The notes: a model not told the origin generated them from the letters alone. A stretch of 64,000 nucleotides of DNA from Candidatus Aenigmatarchaeota archaeon (GCA_016933455.1 JAFGAZ010000012.1:1625-65624); one strand, 5' to 3'. Positions 34,442 to 43,124 are shown, counted from the stretch's first letter. A program made the numbers and translations.

Positions 34442-36445
34442 ATGGAAGTTGAAAAGTTTGAAGAATTTTTTAGTCAATACTATGAAAAGGATTTGCTTGC
34501 GGCTGCGGCTAAAGGCGAAAAATCCCTTGTAGTCGACTTTTCACTTCTAGACAAGTTCGACCCCGAGCTTGCAGACCAGCTGCTAAACAGCCCTGATGAG
34601 GTCATGGATTATGCCAGGGAAGCCCTTTCCAACATAGACTTGCCTGAGGGCAATTTGGAAATAGAGCCAAGGTTCAAGAACCTGCCTGAGCAAAACATTC
34701 TAAGGATTAGGAATTTGCGTTCCGAGCACATTGGCAAGTTCGTTTCTTTGGACGGAATTGTTAAAAGAGCTTCCGAGGTCAAGCCCGAGGTTTCCTATGC
34801 TGTTTACGAATGTCCCCTTTGCCAGGAGAAAATTTCTGTTATGCAGGATGAAAGGACAATAAAGCCCCCTGCAAGGTGCACCAATCCAGAGTGCAGGGTA
34901 AAGTCCGGCTTTGTTCAGGTTGACAGGAAACTTTTCGATGCTCGTTGGATTTTCATTGAAGAGCCCTTTGAAATGGCTGACGGTGACAGGCCGGGAGAAA
35001 CTTCTGTTTATCTAAAGAACGACTTGACTACACCCAACATGCAAAGAAAAACAGATCCAGGCAACAGGATTCGCGTTAACGGTGTTTTGAAGGAAATACA
35101 AAGAACTGTCAGAGGCAAGGTCAAGACCCAAATGGACACATATGTTGAGGCCAATTTTGTCGAGCCCACTGAGATAGAGTGGGAAGAGGTAATAATTTCC
35201 GAAGAGGACGAGGAGAAGATAAAGGAATTTGCAAATGATCCAAAAGTTTACAAAAGGCTTGTCGATTCAATAGCACCTTCCATATTCGGCATGGACGAGA
35301 TAAAGAAGGCTGTTATTTTCCAGCTTTTTGGTGGCGTTCCACAAAAGCTGCCAGACAGGACCAAGATAAGAGGAGATATACACATTTTGCTTATCGGTGA
35401 CCCTTCAACTGGTAAAAGTCAGATACTCAAGCTTGTTTCAAAAGTCATACCAAGAGGAAAATACGTTGCCGGTAGGGGAGCTACCGCAGCTGGTCTTACT
35501 GCCACTGTTGTCAAGGACGAGGAATTTCTTGGTGGATGGGTTTTGGAGGCTGGAGCCATGGTGCTTGCAAACAAGGGTATCATAGCAATAGACGAGTTTG
35601 ACAAGATGACAAAAGAGGACCAGATCGCCATGCACGAGGCTTTGGAGCAGCAGACGGTTTCTGTTGCCAAAGCTTCGATTGTGGCAACGCTTCCTGCACA
35701 GGTCTCTGTTCTTGCTGGCGCCAATCCCAAGTACCTAAGGTTCGACCCTTACAAGTCTGTTGCCGAGCAGGTGGAAATTCCTGACACCTTGCTTGGAAGG
35801 TTTGACTTGAAATTCGCCCTAAAAGACATTCCAGACAAGGTCAAGGACGAAAGGTTGGCAACACACATAATAGAGACAAGGCTAAAGCCAGAGACTGTGA
35901 CACCCGAGATATCCCCTGAGTTCATAAGAAAATATGTTGCTTATGCAAGAAAGTACTGCAAACCCGAGATGACAAGAGAAGCAGCTGATAGGCTCAAGAA
36001 CTTTTACCTTGACATGAGGAGTCTGTATACTGGCGAAGGTGCAATAGCCATAACCCTTAGACAAAACGAGGGTCTGCTTAGACTTGCCGAGGCTTCTGCA
36101 AAGATAAGGCTTTCCCCGAAAGTCGAAATACAAGACGCTGAAAGAGCTGTTGAGATAATGAGGTATTCCATACAGCAGCTTGGTTATGATTATGAGACAG
36201 GAAAAATAGACATAGACAAGACAGAAGGCATGCCAGCTTCGCAAAGAAGCAAGATACATGCTATTTTGGACATACTAGAGATGCTTGAAAAGAAGCTTGG
36301 AAAGCCTGTTTCAAAAGAGGAAATTATTGCCACCGCGGAGGAGCAAGGTATTAAAGCTTCGACCACAGAAGAATTATTGAGAAGACTAAAAACAGAAGGT
36401 TCTATATTTGAACCAAGAGTGAATTATATTGAGAGGATAGGTTAA
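34442..36445 (+). CDS. mcm: MCM replicative helicase
   Basis: Zinc motif CPLCQ..CTNPEC, Walker A GDPSTGKSQ, Walker B IDEFDKM, SVLAGANP, arginine finger LGRFDL, C-terminal wH. No intein. Confidence 0.95.
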   Translation: MEVEKFEEFFSQYYEKDLLAAAAKGEKSLVVDFSLLDKFDPELADQLLNSPDEVMDYAREALSNIDLPEGNLEIEPRFKNLPEQNILRIRNLRSEHIGKFVSLDGIVKRASEVKPEVSYAVYECPLCQEKISVMQDERTIKPPARCTNPECRVKSGFVQVDRKLFDARWIFIEEPFEMADGDRPGETSVYLKNDLTTPNMQRKTDPGNRIRVNGVLKEIQRTVRGKVKTQMDTYVEANFVEPTEIEWEEVIISEEDEEKIKEFANDPKVYKRLVDSIAPSIFGMDEIKKAVIFQLFGGVPQKLPDRTKIRGDIHILLIGDPSTGKSQILKLVSKVIPRGKYVAGRGATAAGLTATVVKDEEFLGGWVLEAGAMVLANKGIIAIDEFDKMTKEDQIAMHEALEQQTVSVAKASIVATLPAQVSVLAGANPKYLRFDPYKSVAEQVEIPDTLLGRFDLKFALKDIPDKVKDERLATHIIETRLKPETVTPEISPEFIRKYVAYARKYCKPEMTREAADRLKNFYLDMRSLYTGEGAIAITLRQNEGLLRLAEASAKIRLSPKVEIQDAERAVEIMRYSIQQLGYDYETGKIDIDKTEGMPASQRSKIHAILDILEMLEKKLGKPVSKEEIIATAEEQGIKASTTEELLRRLKTEGSIFEPRVNYIERIG

Positions 36446-36446
36446 T

Positions 36447-37193
36447 ATGGATATCAAAAGGCTTACAGCAAAGAAAGTTTCTGTAAAGGAAATCCAGGAA
36501 GGCAAGTACGTGAAGCGAGAGGGTTTCCAGAGCAGCTATGTTCTGACCAATCTTGGAAGAAGGCTTTCAAGAGTTAGGCTCTTGGCTTTAATTGTTAACA
36601 AATTCGTGAGCGATGATGAAAAGTACGCTTCAATAACCTTGGATGACTCGACTGACACCATAAGATGCAAGTCGTTTGTCAACACCAAGATATTCGACGG
36701 CTTTGGACCCGGGGACCTTGTGGACCTTTTCGGCAAGCTTCGCGAATACAACGGCGAGATATACATAATGGCCGAGATAATAAGAAAGGCAGACCCTAAC
36801 ATGGAAACTTTAAGGATGCTCGAGCTTGAGAACACAAGCGAGGAGCAAAGAAAGAAGATAAAAAAGATACAGGGGCTGCAAAAGCAGACATCTGATGCAG
36901 ACGAGCTAAAAGCCTTGGTTAAGGATTTCATGGGAGTCGAAGACCTTGACGGCATTGTCGAGGCTCAGGCTGTTAGCGAGAAGATAATAGAGGAAAAAAC
37001 AGTGACAACCAGCACCATAAAGAGTCAGCTGCTAAAGATGATAGAAAAGCTAGACAAGGGAGACGGTGCTGACTATCAGGAGATCTTGAAAAAGTCCATG
37101 TTTTCCGAAAACGAAGTCGACATTGCTATTCAGGATTTACTAGAATCTGGCATGTGCTACGAGCCCACGCCGGGAAAAATAAGGAAGTTGTGA
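36447..37193 (+). CDS. OB-fold + C-terminal winged-helix protein, RPA32/Stn1-like
   Basis: VRLLALIVNKFVSDDEKYASITLDDSTDTIRCKSF......GDLVDLFGKLREYNGEIYIMAEII matches the RPA32-type OB pattern. C-terminal DIAIQDLLESGMCYEPTPGKI is wH-like. 1-nt gaps to mcm and eif2b. Confidence 0.5.
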   Translation: MDIKRLTAKKVSVKEIQEGKYVKREGFQSSYVLTNLGRRLSRVRLLALIVNKFVSDDEKYASITLDDSTDTIRCKSFVNTKIFDGFGPGDLVDLFGKLREYNGEIYIMAEIIRKADPNMETLRMLELENTSEEQRKKIKKIQGLQKQTSDADELKALVKDFMGVEDLDGIVEAQAVSEKIIEEKTVTTSTIKSQLLKMIEKLDKGDGADYQEILKKSMFSENEVDIAIQDLLESGMCYEPTPGKIRKL

Positions 37194-37194
37194 T

Positions 37195-37602
37195 ATGGAA
37201 TACGAAAAATTGCTAAACAAGGCTTACGAAAAAATGCCCAAGATAGAAAAGACAGTCGACAGGCTCGAGGTCCCTGATCCGGAGATAATAATCCAGGGAA
37301 GGCAGACAATAATTAGGAACTTTTCCCAGATATGCGAGATCATAAGAAGAGACCCCAATCATCTTTTGAAATTCCTAACAAAGGAACTTGCAACGCCAGG
37401 GGGTTTTGATGGCACAAGAGCCACAATGCAGTCAAAGATATACAGGAAGCTAATCGAAAACAAGATGAAAGCTTATGTTCGTGACTATGTCATATGCAAA
37501 GAGTGCGGCAAGCCTGACACCAAGCTTGTCAAGGAAAACAGGATAGATTTTCTAAAATGCGAGGCGTGCGGTGCCAAGTCTCCTGTCAAGTCGATAAAGT
37601 GA
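37195..37602 (+). CDS. eif2b: translation initiation factor aIF-2 beta subunit
   Basis: YEKLLNKAYEKMP, GRQTIIRNF..I......RDPNHLLKFLTKELATPG, zinc ribbon CKECGKPDT...CEACGA. Confidence 0.9.
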   Translation: MEYEKLLNKAYEKMPKIEKTVDRLEVPDPEIIIQGRQTIIRNFSQICEIIRRDPNHLLKFLTKELATPGGFDGTRATMQSKIYRKLIENKMKAYVRDYVICKECGKPDTKLVKENRIDFLKCEACGAKSPVKSIK

Positions 37603-37606
37603 CACA

Positions 37607-37957
37607 ATGAAAGGCCAATTCTTCATGGTGGCTACGGTAATAATGATAATTACGCTAATGGCCCTTGTCAGGTACTTTTACAGCTTCTCTGACATAAACC
37701 TAACCCAGATAAAGGAGATAAGCGAGCTTGAGTATGTGCCATACATTAGGCAAAGTCTTGATGACGTTATAGCCTCTAATAGCGGGGATTGCAACAAGCT
37801 TCAGGTTGATTTCGACCAGACCGTTGTTTTTCTTGAGAACAAGATGATAGAAAGGGGCATGGTCTTAGACATCGATTACACTGTCAACTGTCCTTCTGCG
37901 CCTCTTGTTACATATTCTTTTGAAATACAAAGTCCGGATATTCTAATTGAGGCATGA
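37607..37957 (+). CDS. small secreted protein with class III (type IV pilin-like) signal peptide
   Basis: MKGQFFMVATVIMIITLMALV has the K-G/Q cleavage-type motif plus a hydrophobic helix. 116 aa. Confidence 0.45.
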   Translation: MKGQFFMVATVIMIITLMALVRYFYSFSDINLTQIKEISELEYVPYIRQSLDDVIASNSGDCNKLQVDFDQTVVFLENKMIERGMVLDIDYTVNCPSAPLVTYSFEIQSPDILIEA

Positions 37958-37959
37958 CA

Positions 37960-39021
37960 TCATTTCAAGAAAAGCTTCATGAAAGGCATCTGCTCTCTTA
38001 CTTTTCTTTTCGAGCAGTGTAGCCTTTCTGACAATTCCCCATAAAACTCGTCGTCTTCTGCTCTTTTCTTTTTAGTCCTGCCAAGAATCATGAACATGTC
38101 AGGTGGCCTATACATCGTAAAGCCCTTTTTGCTTCCAAGAGAAGACATGGAAGCTATCATGTCCTTCATGTACTTTTTGAATCTCCAGTTCTGGTTCTTG
38201 TAGATTTTTTCCCTGAACATGTCAGCCTTGCTTAGAAGGTCGAAGGCTTTTGCAATGTCTTGCGTTTTGCTAAATTCGGTTGTGATGTTTTGCTCTGTCC
38301 ACCAGAGTATTTCATCTGCATTTTTTTCCGAAAGGTTTATTGCATCAAGAGCGGTCTTTATGTCTTTCTTGAAAATTGCCTGCATTGTCTCAAATATTGA
38401 AAGCTGTATTTCTCTGTACCCCATGGCCCTCATCTCGAGGTCGTTTAAAGCAGAACGCATGTCCCCGTTTGAGTTTTCCGAAATGTCTGACAGGATTTGT
38501 TGGTCTATCTTGAAACCCTCTTTTTCCGCCACGTTTGCAAGAAACTTTGCTATCATGTTCTTTGGAATCTTTCTGAACTTTAGCATGTCGCAGTACCTTC
38601 TTATGCTCTGCAGCTTCTTGTCGTAGGGGTTTTGGGAAATTAGTATTACAGGATGAGCGCTCTTTTTTATTATCTCAATTATTTCCCCAGAGCCCCCTCT
38701 GTCGCTCATGCCAGAGAGGTTTTCCGCCTCGTCAACAAGAATTAGCCTCCCTCCCATCAAGGAGCCCTCCTTTGTTGCCGGTATTAGCTTTTTCATGGAT
38801 TCCGCGTTTCTCTTGTCGCTGGCGTTAACTTCCAGAATACGAAGGTTTCTTTCCTTTGCTATTAGTTCCACCAATAGATTTTTCCCAAGACCTGATGTCC
38901 CGTGAAGCATTAAAGCCTTGCCAGGCTTCCATTTCTCCAGCCAAGAAATAATGTCGCTTATCATGGACTTTTGGCTAACCACTTCTTCCAAAGATTTCGG
39001 TTTGTATTTGTCAACAAGCAT
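37960..39021 (-). CDS. rfcL: replication factor C large subunit (short form)
   Basis: DKYKPKSLEEV, Walker A LHGTSGLGKN, Walker B LVDEAENL. 353 aa versus about 470-500 typical. Confidence 0.8.
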   Translation of the reverse strand: MLVDKYKPKSLEEVVSQKSMISDIISWLEKWKPGKALMLHGTSGLGKNLLVELIAKERNLRILEVNASDKRNAESMKKLIPATKEGSLMGGRLILVDEAENLSGMSDRGGSGEIIEIIKKSAHPVILISQNPYDKKLQSIRRYCDMLKFRKIPKNMIAKFLANVAEKEGFKIDQQILSDISENSNGDMRSALNDLEMRAMGYREIQLSIFETMQAIFKKDIKTALDAINLSEKNADEILWWTEQNITTEFSKTQDIAKAFDLLSKADMFREKIYKNQNWRFKKYMKDMIASMSSLGSKKGFTMYRPPDMFMILGRTKKKRAEDDEFYGELSERLHCSKRKVREQMPFMKLFLK

Positions 39022-39144
39022 CTAATCAACATCCTCAGATATTAAGGGTCCCCTGTAGTTGCATTTCTTGCACTTCCACACAAGGCCTCCTGCCCATGGA
39101 ATAAAAATGACATCCTGGCTTTTGCAATTCGGGCACTGCTTCAT
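39022..39144 (-). CDS. zinc-ribbon mini-protein (40 aa) between rfcS and rfcL
   Basis: Hand translation: MKQCPNCKSQDVIFIPWAGGLVWKCKKCNYRGPLISEDVD*. ATG lies 1 nt after the rfcS stop; the TAG abuts the rfcL ATG (39021). Confidence 0.5.
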   Translation of the reverse strand: MKQCPNCKSQDVIFIPWAGGLVWKCKKCNYRGPLISEDVD

Positions 39145-39145
39145 T

Positions 39146-40093
39146 CTATTGCCTGCTAACAGTGAACTGCGCCAAAAGCGCCTCGAGCTGTATCAATTCG
39201 TTGCCTGTCTGCATCCTGTACTCAAAGTCCCCGACCTTTTCGATAAGGCATGCCTTTGCCGTTTCTGATACGTCAAGGTCGTATATCTGGCTGGAAATTC
39301 TTTTTATGATGTCTTGGCCTGATATCCCTCTTTTCAGCAAAAGTTCCTTTAGGATGCTTCTTGCTTCAACAAATTTGCCCTTTAGGGCAAGATTTACCAT
39401 TTCCTTTATTTCTTCCGGCTCTGCCTGCGCAGCCACCTCGTATATGGTGTCCTTTGTTATCTTCTTTCCAAGAGTCGCAGAGGACTGCAGAAGGTTCACT
39501 GCCTTTCGCATGTCACCCTCAGAAATATCATATATGGCATCAAGGCCGTCCTCGCTGATTTCTATTTTCTCGCCTTTGACTATCCTGTCAAGATAGTCAA
39601 CAACATCCTTTTTGGAAAGGAACCTGAACCTGAAAACCGCGGTCCTGCTCTGGATAGGCGATATGAGCTTTGATGAGTAGTTGCAGCTTATTATGAACCT
39701 GCATGTGTCAGAGTATTTTTCCATTATCCTTCTAAGCGCGTTTTGCGCATCTGACGTTAGGGCGTCCCCCTCGTCTAGAAATATTATCTTAAAGTTCGAG
39801 TTAACGGACTTTGTCCTAGAGAAGCTCTTTATTCTGGTCCTTATAACGTCAATTCCCCTCATGTCCGAGGCGTTGGTTTCCTGGAAGTTGTGCGTCCAGT
39901 TCTCCCCGAAAAGCTCCTTTGCTATGGCTATTGCGCAGCATGTTTTGCCGGTTCCTGGGGGCCCTGCAAATATCATGTGGGGTATTGTCTTGTTTTTCAC
40001 AAACGACTTTAGCCTGTCAACGACGTGTTTTTGGTTGACCACGTCATCTAGTTTGTGAGGCCTGTATTTTTCAGTCCATATAGAGAAGTTCAT
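39146..40093 (-). CDS. rfcS: replication factor C small subunit
   Basis: WTEKYRPHKLDDV, GPPGTGKT, FLDEGDALT, SRTAVFRF (SRC-motif variant). 315 aa, no intein. Confidence 0.95.
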   Translation of the reverse strand: MNFSIWTEKYRPHKLDDVVNQKHVVDRLKSFVKNKTIPHMIFAGPPGTGKTCCAIAIAKELFGENWTHNFQETNASDMRGIDVIRTRIKSFSRTKSVNSNFKIIFLDEGDALTSDAQNALRRIMEKYSDTCRFIISCNYSSKLISPIQSRTAVFRFRFLSKKDVVDYLDRIVKGEKIEISEDGLDAIYDISEGDMRKAVNLLQSSATLGKKITKDTIYEVAAQAEPEEIKEMVNLALKGKFVEARSILKELLLKRGISGQDIIKRISSQIYDLDVSETAKACLIEKVGDFEYRMQTGNELIQLEALLAQFTVSRQ

Positions 40094-40191
40094 AAGAGCA
40101 CCTGTAATAATACCTTATGGAGAGTTAATAAATTTAAATGTAAGACTTAAAAGCTTTCATTTACAACTTAATGCTTATCGAAAGCGTTTAC

Positions 40192-40200
40192 TTTAAATAA
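40192..40200 (+). promoter_or_regulatory. TATA-box-like element upstream of rpl40e (leaderless spacing)
   Basis: TTTAAATAA centred about 26 nt upstream of ATG 40222. Confidence 0.4.
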
Positions 40201-40221
40201 AGTAATCAAGAAAGTGATTTT

Positions 40222-40398
40222 ATGCCAAAGACAAAAATAGAAGCTGTAACAAACAGGTTGTACAACAGGGTTTTCATATGCATGAAGTGCAACGCCAAGC
40301 TAAGGACCGACCAAAGAAAGGTGTCCCAAGGCAAGGTAAAGTGCAGGAAATGCTTCTCAAAGGACCTAAGACCCAAATCCAAAGAAAGGAAGATATGA
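40222..40398 (+). CDS. rpl40e: 50S ribosomal protein L40e
   Basis: Hand translation: MPKTKIEAVTNRLYNRVFICMKCNAKLRTDQRKVSQGKVKCRKCFSKDLRPKSKERKI* (CxxC...CxxC ribbon, basic). Under 60 aa, so absent from the track. Confidence 0.8.
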   Translation: MPKTKIEAVTNRLYNRVFICMKCNAKLRTDQRKVSQGKVKCRKCFSKDLRPKSKERKI

Positions 40399-41207
40399 TG
40401 CTAGCTTGTCTTGAAATGACAAGACCTTTGAACGGATTGATGTCAGTTTTCGCTGTCTTTGTCGCTGCAACGCTTGTCAACTTTCCTATATCTTATCCCA
40501 TGCTCTTGGCCTTTCTTGTGGTATTTCTCGTTTCAGGGGCAGGCATGGTCATAAACGACTATTTTGACTATGACATAGACAAAATAAATCGTCCCAAAAG
40601 GCCTCTGCCTTCTGGCAGAGTTTCAAAGAGAATGGCTCTTGTTTTTGCCTTCGTACTTTTCCTAATAGCCAACGTCTTGGCATTGATGCTCAATGTGCAG
40701 ATTTTGGCATTAACTGTTTTCAACACAATTGTCGCCTTTGTCTATTCTTGGAAGCTGAAAAGAAAGCTGCTTATAGGAAACATGACTGTTAGCTGGATGG
40801 TGGCCTCAACTTTCATTTTTGGCAGCCTGCTTACCAAAACCTTAGATCCAATAATAATAATACTTTTCATGCTATCGTTTTCCGCCAATCTTGGCAGGGA
40901 GATAACAAAAACCATTGAGGACATGAAGGGCGACATGAAAGCCAAGGCAAACACCCTGCCGATAGTGGCAGGCAAGAACTTTGCCGCGTGGGTTGCCTGC
41001 ATTTTCGTGATATTTTCCATATTCTTCAGCTTCATGCCGTATATGTTCGGTTTGCTTGGAGTGAACTACCTTTCACTTGTGATAGTTGCTGATATTTTCT
41101 TTGCAATATCATGCCCCTTGGCATTGGTCACTCCTCACAAGTCCCAGAAAGTAATGAAAATAGCCATGATCATAGCACTGACGGCATTTCTTCTCGGAGC
41201 CTTCTAG
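40395..41207 (+). CDS. UbiA-family prenyltransferase, digeranylgeranylglyceryl phosphate synthase-like
   Basis: Start at ATG 40395 (MMLACLEMTRPLNG). NDYFDYDIDKINRPKRPLPSG. About 8 TM segments. ATGA overlap with rpl40e. Confidence 0.8.
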   Translation: MMLACLEMTRPLNGLMSVFAVFVAATLVNFPISYPMLLAFLVVFLVSGAGMVINDYFDYDIDKINRPKRPLPSGRVSKRMALVFAFVLFLIANVLALMLNVQILALTVFNTIVAFVYSWKLKRKLLIGNMTVSWMVASTFIFGSLLTKTLDPIIIILFMLSFSANLGREITKTIEDMKGDMKAKANTLPIVAGKNFAAWVACIFVIFSIFFSFMPYMFGLLGVNYLSLVIVADIFFAISCPLALVTPHKSQKVMKIAMIIALTAFLLGAF

Positions 41208-41892
41208 CAAAGCTTCTATAGTCTTCCACAAGATGCCCTTCGCTTCTGCATTTGCCTCTTGAATAGCAGCTGGCCAGAAACACCTTTGCTGTTTTTCCGG
41301 GTATAATATCCTGGTCAGAGTCGCCTATGTAAGTAAAATCCTCAAGACCTGAGCCGTATTTTTTCTTTAGAAAGTTGTCTACTTTTTTTTTCTTGTCTTT
41401 CCCGTCTAGCATATCTATCACCACTTTGTCAAACTTGTTTTCTTTGAAAAGCATTTCGTTCGAAACAACATCTGTTATGTGCGGTGGTCTTAGGATGTAC
41501 TTTGCTGCAGGGTTTCTGCTGCAAACTATGACAGGCTTGCCTGCTTTTTTGAAAGTATTCAGCAGCTCCAAATAGCCAGAGTCTATACGCCTTTCTAAAA
41601 AGCGCTTTCCTGCTGTGTCTATGTCTTCTTCGCTCATGCCCTTTGCGAACGAGTGGTAAAGAGCGTTATACAAAGAGCTCTCTATTTTGTGTATTTTTCC
41701 CCTGCTGGCGTTTTTCGAAAACCAGAAAGAAAGATAAGCTGCCGGGGAGTAAGGCTTGCCTTTTTTCAATGAATCGGATGTAAAACGGATAAAGTTATCT
41801 GGCAATTTTAGTCTCAAGACAGTTGGGTAAGAGACGCCGTCAGCATCCGAAACCAGGCCTTTAGAATTGGCAATTTTTCTGAATATATCCAT
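41170..41892 (-). CDS. HAD-superfamily hydrolase-like protein
   Basis: Motif I LVSDADGV, motif II IVCSRN, motif IV IGDSDQD. The 3' end overlaps the convergent UbiA gene by 38 nt. Confidence 0.55.
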   Translation of the reverse strand: MDIFRKIANSKGLVSDADGVSYPTVLRLKLPDNFIRFTSDSLKKGKPYSPAAYLSFWFSKNASRGKIHKIESSLYNALYHSFAKGMSEEDIDTAGKRFLERRIDSGYLELLNTFKKAGKPVIVCSRNPAAKYILRPPHITDVVSNEMLFKENKFDKVVIDMLDGKDKKKKVDNFLKKKYGSGLEDFTYIGDSDQDIIPGKTAKVFLASCYSRGKCRSEGHLVEDYRSFARRLREEMPSVL

Positions 41893-41961
41893 TTTATTCT
41901 TTGAATAGTTGGTAAGTAGTTTTTTTAAACCCTGTGGGAGAAAGTAATATAAGTGATTATC

Positions 41962-42255
41962 ATGTTCGATAAGATTGACAAAATAATAAAGGAAAAAAAG
42001 CTAACACCGCCTGACTGTACTTATCATACTCTAAGGCCTTTGGAAAACGGGGGCAGGCTTAGGGTTCTTGTTGTCAAGGGGGAGGACGTTGCCCATGCCG
42101 AGCTAATTTGTCCTTTCTGCGGCAAGTACACCTATTCAAAGCAGGAGTACAAGAAGGTGTCCAAGACATCCAAGATAAGGATGAGAGTCGAGTGCTCAAG
42201 CTGCGGCAAGAAGACCAAGGTCGAGAAGCTCAAGGGAAAGAAAGAGAAGAAATGA
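41962..42255 (+). CDS. zinc-ribbon small protein with Lys-rich tail
   Basis: ATG 41962 (the track start 41953 is GTG). CPFCGK...CSSCGKK, C-terminal KVEKLKGKKEKK. Confidence 0.5.
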   Translation: MFDKIDKIIKEKKLTPPDCTYHTLRPLENGGRLRVLVVKGEDVAHAELICPFCGKYTYSKQEYKKVSKTSKIRMRVECSSCGKKTKVEKLKGKKEKK

Positions 42256-42308
42256 TTTCTTATAATCGAATAAATAAATATCTCTTCTAAATAACTATAA
42301 CATAATAT

Positions 42309-42382
42309 GCCTTGGTAGCTCAGCCTGGTAGAGCGCTTGCTTGGTAAGCAAGAGGTCGCGAGTTCGATTCTCGCCCAAGGCT
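42309..42382 (+). tRNA. tRNA-Thr (anticodon GGT)
   Basis: Acceptor GCCTTGG/CCAAGGC, D-arm GCTC..GAGC, anticodon stem CTTGC/GCAAG with loop TTGGTAA, T-arm GCGAG-TTCGATT-CTCGC. Confidence 0.85.
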
Positions 42383-42390
42383 CTTTAACA

Positions 42391-42399
42391 TTTAAATAA
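42391..42399 (+). promoter_or_regulatory. TATA-box-like element for tRNA-Pro
   Basis: TTTAAATAA centred about 27-30 nt upstream of the tRNA 5' end (42425). Confidence 0.45.
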
Positions 42400-42424
42400 T
42401 CTTCTTCTATATTCTTTCTATTGC

Positions 42425-42499
42425 GGGCTCGTAGTATAACTTGGTTTAGTATTCCAGCTTTGGGAGCTGGAGATCGGAGTTCAAATCTCCGCGAGCCCA
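42425..42499 (+). tRNA. tRNA-Pro (anticodon TGG)
   Basis: Acceptor GGGCTCG/CGAGCCC, anticodon stem CCAGC/GCTGG with loop TTTGGGA, T-arm CGGAG-TTCAAAT-CTCCG, discriminator A. The D-stem is weak (two G-U pairs). Confidence 0.8.
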
Positions 42500-43093
42500 T
42501 TAAATTTTTCTAATAAATGTCAGAAAACCCGTGTGCGCAAGCATTTGTGTTTTAGGTCTAGTGTATGTGTCTCCCTCTATCTGCCACTCTCTTTGAAGCT
42601 TCTCCAAAATCTTCGGCTTTCCAAATTCGTACTTTTGCACTTCCTTCCAAAGGTCTTGTATCTGCTCGATGTGCATGGAGTATACAACAAGATATCCTCC
42701 TGACTTTAACGCTTTGAAGGCATGGCCTACAACCCTTTCGGGATTTTTCATGTCCAGTGTCACCAAGTCAACATCCTTTTCCTTTATGCCTTTGGTAATG
42801 TCAGCATTCTTTATCTTGACGTTCTTGAAGCCGGCTTTCTTTATGTTGGCGCTTGCAATGTCAAAGAACCTCTCCTCTTTTTCGTATGTGTAGACCTTGC
42901 AGCCCAGATTGCCAAGAAAAAGCGAAAGAAAACCTGAGCCTGAACCAGCATCAACCACTTTCCAGTCGTGCGTGCAGCCAGTAAAGGCTATGATATCGCC
43001 AATGTCTTTTTGCGTTATTACAGCAGGGCCCCTTTTGGCCTTGCGCAAAAAGTCGTTTATGTTTTCAAGACTCTTCATAATAATCTTTCTCAT
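42500..43093 (-). CDS. trmI: tRNA (adenine-N1)-methyltransferase, TrmI/Gcd14-like
   Basis: VVDAGSGSGFLSLFL (motif I), VDLVTLDMKNP, LKSGGYLVVY. Confidence 0.7.
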   Translation of the reverse strand: MRKIIMKSLENINDFLRKAKRGPAVITQKDIGDIIAFTGCTHDWKVVDAGSGSGFLSLFLGNLGCKVYTYEKEERFFDIASANIKKAGFKNVKIKNADITKGIKEKDVDLVTLDMKNPERVVGHAFKALKSGGYLVVYSMHIEQIQDLWKEVQKYEFGKPKILEKLQREWQIEGDTYTRPKTQMLAHTGFLTFIRKI

Positions 43094-43124
43094 TTATAAG
43101 TAACATTGAAAAATATAATAAAGT

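Noticed and set aside
42132-42500. 122-aa minus-strand ORF.
   Set aside because: It is antisense to two well-folding tRNA genes (Thr, Pro) and to the 3' end of the zinc-ribbon gene, so it is spurious.
42256-42500. The tRNA-Thr/tRNA-Pro pair (and tRNA-Arg at 179..252) as possible integration sites of mobile elements.
   Set aside because: No integrase or recombinase gene, duplicated tRNA 3' fragment or att-like direct repeat was seen nearby. The flanking genes are ordinary housekeeping genes.
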